From Octopus vulgaris (lineage: Eukaryota), in assembly GCA_951406725.2 (NCBI GenBank), contig OX597833.1, positions 23,312,001 through 23,376,000 on the forward strand: a DNA stretch of 64,000 nucleotides, given 5' to 3'. Under the pieces are notes generated by a model, which ran no database searches, was not told where the DNA came from, and was given only the letters and a program-made list of their open reading frames with translations. How positions within the stretch are numbered: position 1 is the first letter of the stretch; each line of letters begins with the position of its first letter. The position numbers and the translations under genes were made by a program. Positions 1 to 12,900 of the stretch are shown one piece after another.

Positions 1-81
1 TACACATAATATATATATACACATATATATATTATACACATAATATATATATACACATATATATATACACATATATATATT

Positions 82-120
<39 letters not shown>

Positions 121-135
121 TATATTATACACATA

Positions 136-173
<38 letters not shown>

Positions 174-312
174 ATATATTATACACATAATATATATATA
201 CAATATATATATATATATACACATATATATATTAAACACATAATATATATATACATATATATATACATATATATATACACATATATATATTATACACATA
301 ATATATATATAC

Positions 313-350
<38 letters not shown>

Positions 351-482
351 ATATATTATACACATAATATATATATAACACATATATATATTATACACAT
401 AATATATATATACATACATATATACATAATATATACATACACACACACACACATATATATTTATATACACATATATATACAC
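1..482. repeat. Compound (TA)n/TACACA micro/minisatellite
   Basis: Recurring TATATTATACACATAATATATATA units. Confidence 0.95.
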
Positions 483-873
483 GATACAGAGGATGCATAC
501 CTAGACAACACTCATGATTCTCAGAATTGTCTAAACATGGATTAAAGTCCCTGTGTTAGTTGTTTGGACACTGCATTCTTCAACAATTTCCTTCTCGTAA
601 TTCACCAACACAACTCCTGGCCTCTCTAGAAACGCCCTTTCCCCTTTGTGACTCTTTTAATGTCTCCTTTTCTGCCTTATTATCTTCTAATCTGTCTGCT
701 TTACCATCTTTCTTCACTTGACTTACGTGTCTGCTTTTTGTCTCTTCACTTAACCATTTCTGAAGAGTTGCAGGGGCACCTGAGCACTGGAGACAATAAA
801 CAGAAATGTTAGCAAACCAGATATAATGCAGAGAAGAAAGACGTCTTCTGGCTTTATGTTCTGAATTCAAATT

Positions 874-1354
874 CTTATTTCTTTATTGCTCACAAGGGGC
901 TAAACATAGAGGGGACAAACTAAGACAGACAAAGGGATTAAGTCGATTACATGGACCCCAGTATGTAACTGGTACTTAATTTACTAAATATAAGGCGGCG
1001 AGCTGGCAGAAACGTTAGCACGCCGGGCGTGCTGTATTTCGTCAGCCGCTACGTTCTGAGATCGTATTCCGCCGAGGTCGACTTTACCTTTCATCCTTTC
1101 GGGGTCGATAAATTAAGTACCAGTTACGCACTGGGGCCGATGTAATCGGCTTAAACCGTTTGTCTGTCCTTGTTTGCCCCCTCTGTGTTTAGTTCCTTGT
1201 GGGTAGTAAAGAAATAGGTACTTAATTTATCAACCCCGAAAGGATGAAAGGCTAAGTCGACTTCGGCGGAATTTGAACTCAGAACGTAATGCCAGACGAA
1301 ATACCGCTAAGCATTTTGCCCGGCGTGCTAACATTTCTGCCAGCTCGCCGCCTT
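874..1354 (-). mobile_element. tRNA-derived SINE (family 1), interrupted by a second copy
   Basis: Reverse complement of AAGGCGGCGAGCTGGCAGAAA...GTTCAAATTCCGCC...CCTTTCATCCTTTCGGGGT...AAAGAAATA; matches 984-1216 and 63493-63729. Confidence 0.85.
984..1216 (+). mobile_element. tRNA-derived SINE (family 1) nested in an opposite-strand copy
   Basis: 13-bp target-site duplication GGTACTTAATTTA at 971-983 and 1217-1229. Confidence 0.9.
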
Positions 1355-2857
1355 TAGTGTTCAAATCTGAGTTCAAATTCTGCCATGGTTGACTTTACTT
1401 TTCATTCTTTTGGGATCAATAAAATAAGTATCAGTTAATGTAATTAATTAGTCCCCCCCCCGCTCTCTTGTGCCAAAAGTAGAAAGAATTATTAGTATTA
1501 TATACATTCTATATTTATTATGTATGTGTTTATATACATACGCACATAAATGTGTGTGTGTCTAATTATACATATACATGTGTGTGTGTATGTGTATAAA
1601 TATATATATGGATGTGTAGATGTACATACAGATGAGTAGTAACTCTTGACGCACAGATGGAAGTTCTGGGTTCAAACCCCGGTAAGGTTTAAATCCAGAA
1701 CAAAAGATACATAACTACAAAGTACCATTTCTTGTGAAGTTTGTTCGGGTTCACCCTGGTCCCACTATCAACAGGATCTTGTTAAATGTGAAGTAAAGGA
1801 AGTCATGTGACTTGACTTGATTTTACTCCAGCTTGGACCACAGAGAGCCACTGGACTTTGGAGTAGATCTCTATAAGCTTTTAGTAAGGTTTTCTCTGAT
1901 TCTGCATCCTATCGTTAGTCATCAACCCTCTGTAGGTTTCACTTGTCCTTTTAACACCCCCTCATTTTGTCTGTGGAGTTTCTTGCTACTCTCCTAACTA
2001 GATTAATCTACCTGGTGGATGAACTATTGATGCAACCACTCTACAACCACCCGTGTAACCAGAATTACAATCATTTCAGGACCAACATCCATGTACATCA
2101 CTGCTGCTTTCTTTACCCTCAAGGGTCGCCCAGTTCCACCATAGATAGCTTTTTTTTCTTGTTTTCTTTTTTCTTGGGTCATTTTGATATGCATTTCAAA
2201 TTCCATGTTAGATCTAGAATTAACACCACTAATTCTTTTCAGTGCCACAGCTGGCAATGTTGCCTCAGATGTGCCATTAACCAGGCGAGAAAATTAACAA
2301 AGGCTGCCATTAAACCTCAACGATGCCAGTTCAATTACTGGCTGGATGTCATCAGGTTCAACCTTTAACAGGGGATAAACATCATTCAGTGGATAATAGG
2401 GATTATTTGGGTCTATCTTCAGTGGATATATGCAAAACTCACCCAGTGATCTGTCAACTATTTTAGATTGACATTACCCTGATTAAAGGAGTGGAGATGT
2501 TTTATAAAAACTGTTTTAACAGCAAGAGATGGGGACAGACGTTGGGACAAAGGTGTACAGGTACCCCAGGATGGTGTATTAAAGATTGGGAGGGTCAGTA
2601 AATATTGTGGAATTTCTTAAAGGCTCTGTGGCATGCACTGATTGAAAATAATTACTCTTTGGGGCAGCCACACCTGTGGAAATAGCAATCATCCTACTGT
2701 CTGTCTGTATGTATGTATGTGGGAAATCTCTACATGATAGCTAGAACTGGTAGAAATAGTAGCCAAATCTCCCTCAAATCATACCCTATGTACACATACA
2801 CATTTTGGCTGTTATTTCTAGCAGGTCTAGGTACCATGCAGAGATCTCCCTTACTGA

Positions 2858-2902
<45 letters not shown>

Positions 2903-3295
2903 ATGTCTGAGTCATTTAGAGATTTCTACATGGTAGCCAGGCCTTGTAGAAGTAGCAGCCAAATCTCACTCAAACCACAACCTACTATTAGATGACTGAC
3001 AACCATCTCGTCCCTGTTGCATATCACAGATCTCATTGCCCAACGTATCCAGCCATTGAGACAGTAGAGGGTTGTTTGATTGCTATTTCTAGCGAATCGT
3101 TTGACCAGTAGAAGCATCTTTCTATTGCTTTACTGGAGTAGGAAGGCAAGAAAAATATGTACACACATACTTCCATCACCCACAAACATGATCATCGCTT
3201 ACTCTGTACACATCCACAGCTTTTGGCTGGTCTAATCTCTGTCTGTCTCTTTATGTATGTATCTCTCTCTCTCTGTCTCTCTCTCTCTGTCTCTG

Positions 3296-3343
<48 letters not shown>

Positions 3344-3649
3344 CCACTATAAAGCTAGCTCCTCCTCCCCATATTCTATGAAATTTCTTGCATTCTCCAA
3401 CCATAAATATATTTGTGTGTGTGTACATGTGTATCACTGAATCTGTCCCTGTGTGCGTGTCTTCTCTATCCCATTTCTACGACTTACAACCATCCTATTT
3501 TCAGTTTATGACAAACAACAGCCATAATAATATTGCTCTTTTATTCTTGATTTATAAATGCCAGCTATATACTGGGGTTCACATAGACATCTTTCCTTGT
3601 GTCTAATCAGTTGTTATAGAATTGTTAAAATGTTGGAGTGAACGTTTTG

Positions 3650-3793
3650 TGTTTTGAGTTCAAATCGCACCAAGGTCATCTTTGCCTTTCATCTTTCTGG
3701 GATCAATAAAATAAAGTAACAGTCAAATACTGGTGTCAATAGTATTGACTAAACCTTATCTCTGAAACTGCTGGCCTTGTGTCTAAGAAATAC

Positions 3794-3841
<48 letters not shown>

Positions 3842-4060
3842 AAGGTGGTGAGTTGACAGAATCCTGAGCATGCTGGGCAAAATGCTAAATGGCATTTTGT
3901 CTGTCTTTGCATTTTGAGTTCAAATTCTGCTGAGGTCAACTTTACCTTTCATTCTTTAAAGGTCGATTAAATAAGTACCAGTCACGCACTGGGGTTGATG
4001 TAATCACTTTACCCCTCCTTTCCACCAAAATTGATGGCCTTATACCAAAGTTTGAAGCCA
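3650..4060 (+). mobile_element. Two degenerate family-1 SINE copies separated by (ATT)n
   Basis: GAGTTCAAAT box B-like motif and CTTTCATYYTTT..GGTCGA/GGATCAATAAAATAAGTA core at ~3655-3790 and ~3841-4060. Confidence 0.7.
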
Positions 4061-4507
4061 TTATCAATTTCATGATTATTTTGGCAGAATTAGTTGAGTA
4101 TCAAACAAAACACTGTGCTGTTCTGGTCCTTTTCTTGCTGAGGCCAACTTGATAAAGTACCTTCCTGGGGCTGTTGATTGACAGAATTGGTAGAGTATCT
4201 GATGACATGCTTTGCGGTATTTGTTCTGGCTCTGTGTATAATCCTGTCTGTTGTCTCGAGGGAAGGGGGGCGTGATGGTGGTGGGGATTCTGTCACATTT
4301 TATAACTGACTGAAGTGGAAAAAATCAATTGAATCTTTGGTTCAGATGGAGAATTGGTTGGCAATACCCCCCCCCATCACTTTACTCCTTGTTGTGCCCC
4401 TCCCCCAATTCTCCTACACACACTAACTACAAATAGCATTACATAAAACAGGGTACTATGTATCATAAAAAGGGGCACACCACTCATACTACATCTGTAT
4501 AATTCTT

Positions 4508-4620
4508 AAGCAAGAATGTTGTTGACAGTGACTTTGAAGTTTTGGTTGGTTAAGCCATTGTTGGACTGCTGAAAATGACTGGTCAAAACTTCAGAGTCAC
4601 TGTCAGCAACATTCTTGTTT
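4508..4620 (+). repeat. 45-bp uninterrupted hairpin (37 Watson-Crick + 8 G-U pairs, 23-nt loop)
   Basis: Arms 4508-4552 and 4576-4620 paired by hand. Confidence 0.85.
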
Positions 4621-5564
4621 ATGGACAATGAATTTGTACTCTACACAAGTACAGGGTAACCCATCAGATTAATGTAAAATTGGTTTTATTAAAACTGAAC
4701 ATAAAAACAAACATTGATATATATACATACATCATCATCATCATTTAACATCCATTTTCCATGTTGGCATGGATTGAAAGGTTCGACTGAGAACTGGTAA
4801 ACTGGGGAGCTGTCATTACCTTTGAGACAGTACTTCTTGATACACCAAACATTTCGGCTGCTTTCATTACACTATTGCCTGCCATACAAGCACCAAAAAT
4901 TTGACCTCATTGAAAGTACAATAGATCTGTCATTTTAATGAATTTTAATTACCTTTTTCTGATGATATCTGAAAAGAAACAGCAATTTTAGCAAAACCTA
5001 TTTAGCAACACTAATAATAAATCAATAAACATAAAAATAAACAAGCCTTTGGTAGTTTTATAGCTATTTCAAAATTATGATGCTATGATGCTAGGCGTTT
5101 CCATTATTTTGTCCAGCCCCTGTATATATGTATGTGTGGTGATATATTCTCCACATTTTGTGAATGGTGTATCACTCAAGGTGGTGCTGGAAAGGATATG
5201 TATATACTCTCTCACATCCACACATACTCACACTCAGATACAAGGTTAGTCTAAAATTGTTGAGTAATTATAAATTTGTGTAATTTCAGTTCTAAAAATA
5301 TGAAACAATTAATCTGTAAAAGAAGATAGATTCAGTGCAGAGATTGTTAATTAGCATTTAGTTTGTCCTCAAGTCCACCAAGGCGTTCAGTTGTGAAAAT
5401 TACCTGGCAACAACAGGATACTCAGCTAATACATATAGGTGTGTGTGTGTCTGTTTGTCCCCCACCACTGCTTGACAACCAGTGTTGGTGTGTTTGTGGC
5501 CCCGTAACTCAGCAGTTTAACCAAAGAGACTGACATCAGGCTTTGAAAAAAAGTCCTGGGATCA

Positions 5565-6010
5565 ATTCATCATCATTTAACGTCCATTTTCCATAATGGC
5601 ATGGGTTGGACAGTTTGGCAGGAGCTGCCCAGGTTCTGGTCATGTGTTTTGCCATGGTTTCTACAGCCGGATGCCCTTCCTAATACCAACCACTTTACAG
5701 ATTGTACTGGGTGCTTTTATGCTGCCCCGGCATAGGTGCATTTCTACAGCACTGGGACAGGTGCTTTTTACCTGGCACTAGTATCCACGAGATTAGCAAT
5801 ACCCAGCTGATGGGGGATGCAGGGGACAGGCCTGTATGCAAGAGCAACCATGCTTTTACTTAACTTGACATGTCTTTTTGAACTGCCAGGAGTCTCGGTG
5901 TCCCCCCCCCCCCTGTAAGTTCCAATGTCTGTAGATCCTTTCTCACCACTTCGTCCTATGTCTTCCTGGGTTTATCCCTTCCACATGTTCCCGCTACTAT
6001 TAGCGGTTGG
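5565..6010 (-). mobile_element. 3' end of RTE-type LINE (C-terminal coding remnant + 3' UTR with (ATG)n tail)
   Basis: Same tail as 61405-62060; minus-strand GTCGRDKPRKT*DEVVRKDL near 5930-5995. Confidence 0.65.
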
Positions 6011-6289
6011 TACCTTCAAAATAAGAAGTTTTCAATGGGGTGCCCCAGCATGGCCACAGTTTAATGACTGAAGTAAGTAAAAGATTACTTGGTTATGAGA
6101 TAAAGCTGATGATAACAAAAAAACACACACACACACACACATATGTAATATATACACAAACATATGCATACATTAGGTATATAATATAGATATATATTAT
6201 ATATGTATATATATAATAGATACATACACACACACACACTATAGTTATTGTACATTATCATATGTCAACTACACTCCTATATATATATA

Positions 6290-6588
6290 TGCACGTAAAA
6301 GCACCATCCGCTCGTGTCCGTTGCCAGCCTCGCCTGGCCCCCGTGCCGGTGGCACGTAAAAATACCATCCGTTCGTGGCCATTTGCCAGCTCTGTCTGGC
6401 ACCTGTGCAGGTGGCACGTAAAAAGCACCCACTACACTCACGGAGTGGTTGGCGTTAGGAAGGGCATCCAGCTGTAGAAACACTGCCAAATCTGACTGGG
6501 CCTGATGAAGCCTTCCGGCTTCACAGACCCCAGTTAAACCGTCCAACCCATGCTAGCATGGAAAGCGGACGCTGAATGGTGATGATGA
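6290..6588 (+). mobile_element. RTE-tail repeat (family 2)
   Basis: GTGGTTGGCGTTAGGAAGGGCATCCAGCTGTAGAAA...CCCATGCTAGCATGGAAAGCGGACG...GATGATGAT; further copies on the minus strand near 4730, 8845, 58088, 58872, 59733, 60070. Confidence 0.8.
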
Positions 6589-8844
6589 TATATATATATA
6601 TATATACACTGTTACATACCGTTGTACATCTCATATACACACAACACATATTCATCGTACACACCCCTGTCTTAGGATGTTCATTTAGCCATGGCGGTAG
6701 AAGCAAGCTCCCCTGCTTCCATCGTGCTACAGTTGGGGTCCCCAGCTAAAACAAAATGAAATCGCGTCTTTAATACAATTCATGTGAAACCACTCACTAT
6801 ATAATGAACATATTTCATTTGTACTTTTAATTTGATGTGGCCTGATTAGAATGAGTAACGAAGGCTTGGCTCATCCTCTTTCACCATTTGCAACAAAGTC
6901 GTTATTCGCTGTTGTTGGATTGCCATAACTGGCTTCAGTCATGACAAAAGCCTGGCTGTATTGGAACCCCTTGCTTCTAACACATCTCTTGCATTTACTA
7001 GCAGACCTTACATCATGGATATTCTATCCATGACCATCCCATCTGATATTCAGACATAGTGTATCTGGGACTACATTAATGTCTCCTTCCTTATTGCCGC
7101 TTAGTCCCAGGTCAGTCCTGATTCTACAGACTTATGATCCACGATGTTCCAGCCATGGCCATTCAGACATACTGTATCTAGGACTACATTATCTGATTTG
7201 TCCTTCTTTTTTTCAAGATTAAAAGGTGTGAGATGAAGGAAGTTTGGCTGTTATTTTTAGCAAGTTGAATGACCTTATAAGTTCTACTTCATTAACTTGT
7301 TGCTATCATTTTCCTAATTAGTTTAATTAATGCAGAAGCTTTATTGCTGTTGCTGTGAGGACTGCCACTGATTGGAGACAAGTTTGGATGTCATTAATGA
7401 CAATGAAAGGCCTTCATTAGTGAGGAGAACTATTGTAATATTTATTAGATATTTAGGTGGAATTCTGCTTCAAGCACCCTGTCTCAACTTTTTAATCCTT
7501 TGTAATTTTCAGAAAATTTTGGCAAATTTTTTTTCTTCATATGGGAATTCATATGATTATGAAAAAAAGATTATTTTCTTGTGATCTAATGGTGATTTAG
7601 CTGTTATTTTAAGCATAACTTGCGACCACCTGATGCCTTCCTCATTTCATTGTCATCTGACATGTATTGATGTTTTTCAATATTTTTCTCCCCATAAACA
7701 CATTTAATGGACCAGAGGTCGTTTGTTGCTGGGATTTAAGCAAAAGATTTAGACTCTCTGTAGTTTAAACTCTGATTTTAAGAAAAAAAAAAAGTTAGAA
7801 AAAAGATTGGAACTTTTAGGATTTAAGAATGGCAGGGGTTAAAAACATTTTCTTTGTTTTCAGAATCCTGAATTCCTGGATGTAGAAAACTAATTCCAAA
7901 AACTGAACAAGTTATGAGAGGTTACATCGGGATTCTGCTGATATTTCTATATTAGAACAGTGATCCAAATGACCCCTGGAGGGCCATTGAAGAGTTTCTT
8001 GTTAAAATTTATCTGCAATAGCTTGCTTATACTTCAATAATATATGAAATATTTTAACAATTTTTGTAATACAATTCTTAATAATATTTAATTATAAAAA
8101 TATAATTTTTTAAAATATTGAATAGTTTTGGAGTTCCAACCGAGTAAATTAGGGATCAAAGGTGTCCACAAGTATAAAATGGTTGAGAAACAATGTATAG
8201 AAATATAAGAGATACTAGGGCTGCTGGCACTGCAGGTCGGTCCCTGGTATCCTGCTTTTTGTTTACATCCCCATGACCCTTCTCATCTGACAATGAAAGG
8301 CAGCTGTTCAAGGTTCCCTATATAAACATCCCTAAACATTTCTTGCTGACAAAACCCACCATTTGTTTCATCTCAGACCCTAATTTAATTAAGATATCAC
8401 TTCCCTAATTAATTTTACTGTACTCCTGTCTATGTTGACCATATCTTATTGAGAATTAAAAAAATGCAATATTCAAATTTAATTTTTACTTGAAGACATG
8501 ACGATGGAAATGATAGTAAAATAATTAAAATAATAATTTTAAAAAATTAATAATGATAGTGAGTGTTCGATGATGTGTTTTTAATTGAATTAATTTATCA
8601 AATTTAATGAATAACAGTGCATGTGTGTGTGACTGTGAGAGAACCTCTCTGATGACTGCTACGTTATGGTTTAATTAAAATTTTATCTAATTTTTCTACC
8701 CTACATCAATATTATGCACACACCACACATATATTCCTCTCTCTATATATATATATACACTGGTACACTCTATCGCATATCTCATATTTACACACACACT
8801 GTAATAAACTAAACACAGTTACTGATTTGGTCATACAATCATCT

Positions 8845-9130
8845 TCATCATTTGATGTCCGTTTTCCATGCTGGCATGGGTTGGACAGTTTGACAGGAGG
8901 TGGCAAGGCCAGGAGTCAGACCAGGTTCTCTTGTCTGCTTTGGCTTGGTCTCTAGAGCTGGATGCCCTTCCTAACACCAACCACTTTACAGAGTGAACTA
9001 GGTGCTTTTTGTGTGGCACCAGCACTGACAGTCACCAAGTACCTTGCATGAGAAAAATCTCTCGGCGAGTGGAGGGGGTGGGTAGTATTGAGGGGTGTGT
9101 GGCTTTGTGCCAGTTGAGATTTAAGATATA
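8845..9130 (-). mobile_element. RTE-tail repeat (family 2)
   Basis: CATCATTTGATGTCCGTTTTCCATGCTGGCATGGGTTGGA...GGATGCCCTTCCTAACACCAACCAC. Confidence 0.75.
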
Positions 9131-9548
9131 GAGGGGATGGATATAAGTATCTTGTAGATACATGGATACCCCAGATGGGAAACAATGGTGAGAGGGAGCA
9201 GTTGCTGGGTATATATTGAACAAAACTGTTGCTGATTTAGCCTCACTCAATATGTGACCCTGTGAGGCCCTGTATATCTACTCATAGTTGTGTGAGGGAT
9301 ATGGAGGGAAGGGAGGGGTTAGCCTGTTGGATTCTCTCTGGGTGTTGCTTCTGTTACAGATAGCTCAGTGATGGAGTATGTGGGTTCAAGTCTCAGACAG
9401 TAGATTTTAGTAGGCTGTTCTATTATAGTAAAGGGGTGTGAAGGTTCAGTTGACAGTTGCTATATATAGATCCTACCTCAGACACGTTATCTTTGTTGAC
9501 CACCAATTTGCCACCATATCTTATCTCAGCCACCACCACCTTTCCTTG

Positions 9549-9580
<32 letters not shown>

Positions 9581-9835
9581 GTTTACACTGATTAAAACAC
9601 AAATAATTGAACAACAGAAATATTTCTGTTGGTTTCACTTTTCTTTCTATTTTTGATATTTTTATCAAGGGTGATGGTGGGAGAATCAGTCTAGATTTGT
9701 CACTTGTATGTGTGTGTGTGTGTGTGTGCGTGCATGCATGCGTGTGTGTGCGTGCGTGTGTGTGGCTATAAAATAGTCGATATATATTTGTATATAATTA
9801 GAGAAGGTATGTGTCTCTCTCTCTCCCTCTATATG

Positions 9836-9867
<32 letters not shown>

Positions 9868-9999
9868 GGCACACACACACACTGTATGTGTTGTATATCA
9901 GAGGAAACAGAATCGAAGGAGACAGGTAGTGGTGATCTACGTCAGCAAATCTTGTATTATTTTGGAGCTATATGGCCCTTTTTATTCCAATAGGATACT

Positions 10000-12900
10000 T
10001 TATTACTGGAAAAAATCGGTTAATTAAATCATGTGGCACACATAGCAAACCGATTTGTGTATTTAACACAAACCACAGACTGTCTAGGGGACGCAACTCG
10101 ACCTTTTTAACTCTTACACTCTGAAATAACTATCAAACAGTTATCGATAATTCAACCCAACCAATTCCTACCAGGAAGAAATTACATTCGAGACTTTACC
10201 CCCAACACCGCCACTTCTTCTGCTAATAGCTGCTGCAGCCACAAGTTATTCGAATACCTTTTTTGTTTAAACTTTCTTTATAACTACCACCCCAAACGTT
10301 TTACCTTAAATTTTTGACATATCCCTAAGGGTCCTCGGACGCTACTTGCAAACTCTTGGTTTATTATAAGCCGCTTTTGTCGTATGCACCAAAAAACCTT
10401 TTCTATTCGTTTGTTCAGTTTGGTCACTTTTCGCTTTTTCGTTGTTGTCACTTACATTGCTGCCCGTTTTTTTTGCCGTTTTTGTACATTTTTATACATT
10501 TTGGGATACTTACCCCACGTGTTCCTTTTTATTACACCTTTGCCAAACACATTGCTATCCACCAAAATGCCACCCAAGAAGAGAAGGACCCTCCTCAGCC
10601 CTCAGACGGCCAAGGCATCGGCTGCTAGGGCAAGAAGGGCACGCGAGACCCACGAGGAAACCACCTTGCGCCTCTCACAAAAAGCTTGCCGTTCTGCCGC
10701 TGCTCAGGAATCTGAGACTACTAGCGACTGTTCTACCCGACTTGCAAGGGCCGCAACGTATAGATCTTCCCTCCGCTCGAGGTTGACAAAAGAGCAACAG
10801 TTCAGCCAAAACATGCGGGCTTCTTCCTGTGCTTCCATCCGCAGAGCCCGCGAGAACCCCGAACAATGGGCCATTCGGAATGCGGCTAACGCCGCTAGCA
10901 CCGCCAGGACACGATCTGTCGAAACCTCACAGCAGAGGAGAACTCGCCAAGCTGCTAACGCCGCAAACATAGCCATGGCCCGATCTGCCGAAACACCTCA
11001 ACAGAAGAGAGCTCGCCAAGCTGCTGACGCCGCAAACACAGCCAAAACTGCCAAAACTCCAGACCAACGAACTATTCAGACATCCAGAGATACCATTAAC
11101 ATTGCTTCTGCTAGGGCTTCAGAGGGTGCTGAGGTGAGAGCTGAAAGGCTTTCAAAGGATGCCACTGCTACCACTGTTGCACGCGCATCTCAATCTGCTG
11201 AGGCACGGCGCACTCGACATGAGAGTATCAACCAACGTCGGGATATCATTCGTGGTGTACGTATCCCTGCCCCCGCTTTCTGGTCGTCACTAGCATTCAA
11301 CTACGACGCCACAATTAACTTCTCCTTGCGTGACGACATCAAGATAGGGTCAATGACAATTGTATGCCAGTTTTGCAAAGCCAAGAAATGGCCCGGAGAG
11401 CCACCTGGTTTGTGCTGCTCTGGTGGCAAAGTGGACCTGCCACCCCTACGGGAACCACCTCAACTACTGAAGGATCTCGCGGTGGGTTTAACCCCCGAAT
11501 TGTCACAATTCCTTGAAATCATTCGAAAGTACAACTGCTCATTCCAAATGACCTCTTTCGGGGCCAAAATTCCTCCTAGAGAAGGCTGGATGCCTACTTT
11601 CAAAGTGCAGGGACAGGTCTACCATCTTATTGGGTCACTTCTGCCAGACGAGATTCAGCAGTCTTCTTTCCTCCAAATCTACTTCATTGCCAACTACAAC
11701 CAGCAGGTTGATGCACGCCTTGGAATAATACTGGGTACATGCTATGTTCCCCGCAAAGACGTTCTTCTCCGTCTCCAAACCATGCTTCATGATATCAACA
11801 TCTACGTCTGCAGCTTCAGGTATGGCTTGGACAGTGCTCCGTCTCCAAACTTCACCGTTGTCATTGATGCTGATAAACGACCCCACAGGGAGCACGAACG
11901 CCGTTTCAACGCACCTGCGTGCAATGAAATTGCCGCAGTCATACATGGAGAGCAACACAACAGCCGTGACATAATCATCTCCTCCCGTGGTAACAGCCTA
12001 CGCAGGATCAGCGAGACTCACATATCTTATGACGCGCTTCAGTATCCATTGCTTTTCCCTTATGGGGAAGACGGCTACCACTTCAGAATTCCTTTACGGC
12101 AGCCCTCCAATCAAACTACTGCGGCATCAAAGACGGTTTCCTGCAGGGCGTTCTACTCATACCAGTTCATGGTCAGGGAGGGTGAGTTCAGCTTATTGCC
12201 CCGTTGTCATCAGCTATTCAACCAGTTCGCCGTCGACATGGCCGCCAAAATGGAATCGGAAAGGCTGCTATACATTAAACTTCATCAGACCAAACTTCGC
12301 TCCGACTCCTACATTCATCTCCGTGACGGCTTGCAACAAGAAAATGACCCTCGCAACATCGGCAAGCCATGCATTCTACCCTCCACCTTCACGGGAGGAC
12401 CGCGATATATGCGTGAAAGGACCCAAGACGCCTTGACCTACGTGCGCATTTACGGCCGGCCGGACCTCTTTATCACCTATATGTGCAATCCCAACTGCGA
12501 AGAAATCACTCGCGAACTCCTCCCGGGTCAGTCTCACACCCATCGACACGACATCATTGCTAGGGTTTTCCGTCTGAATTTGGGCAAAATGATGGATTTG
12601 ATAGTTAAGGGTCAGATTTTTGGGCATGTCAGGTGCCACATGCTTTCGGTTGAGTGGCAAAAGAGGGGTTTGCCACATGCTCACATCTTAATTTGGCTAA
12701 CTAATAAAATCGAGACTAATGACATTGACAAATTCATTTCCGCCGAGATTCCTGACCCCGATGAGGACCCTGAACTGTACGAAATTGTCCGCACTACCAT
12801 GGTACACGGGCCCTGTGGACCAAATTAACGCCAACACACCATGCTGCAAAAACGGATTAGCCTGCTCAAAGGGATTCCCTAAACGGTTCACTTTGGAGAC

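Noticed and set aside
1900-2600. Possible very old PLE endonuclease remnant on the minus strand (YGGTGRPLRV)
   Set aside because: Single weak motif; not supportable without a profile search.
9800-10100. Exact Helitron 5' TC terminus
   Set aside because: Several A|TC candidates; cannot choose without a second copy.
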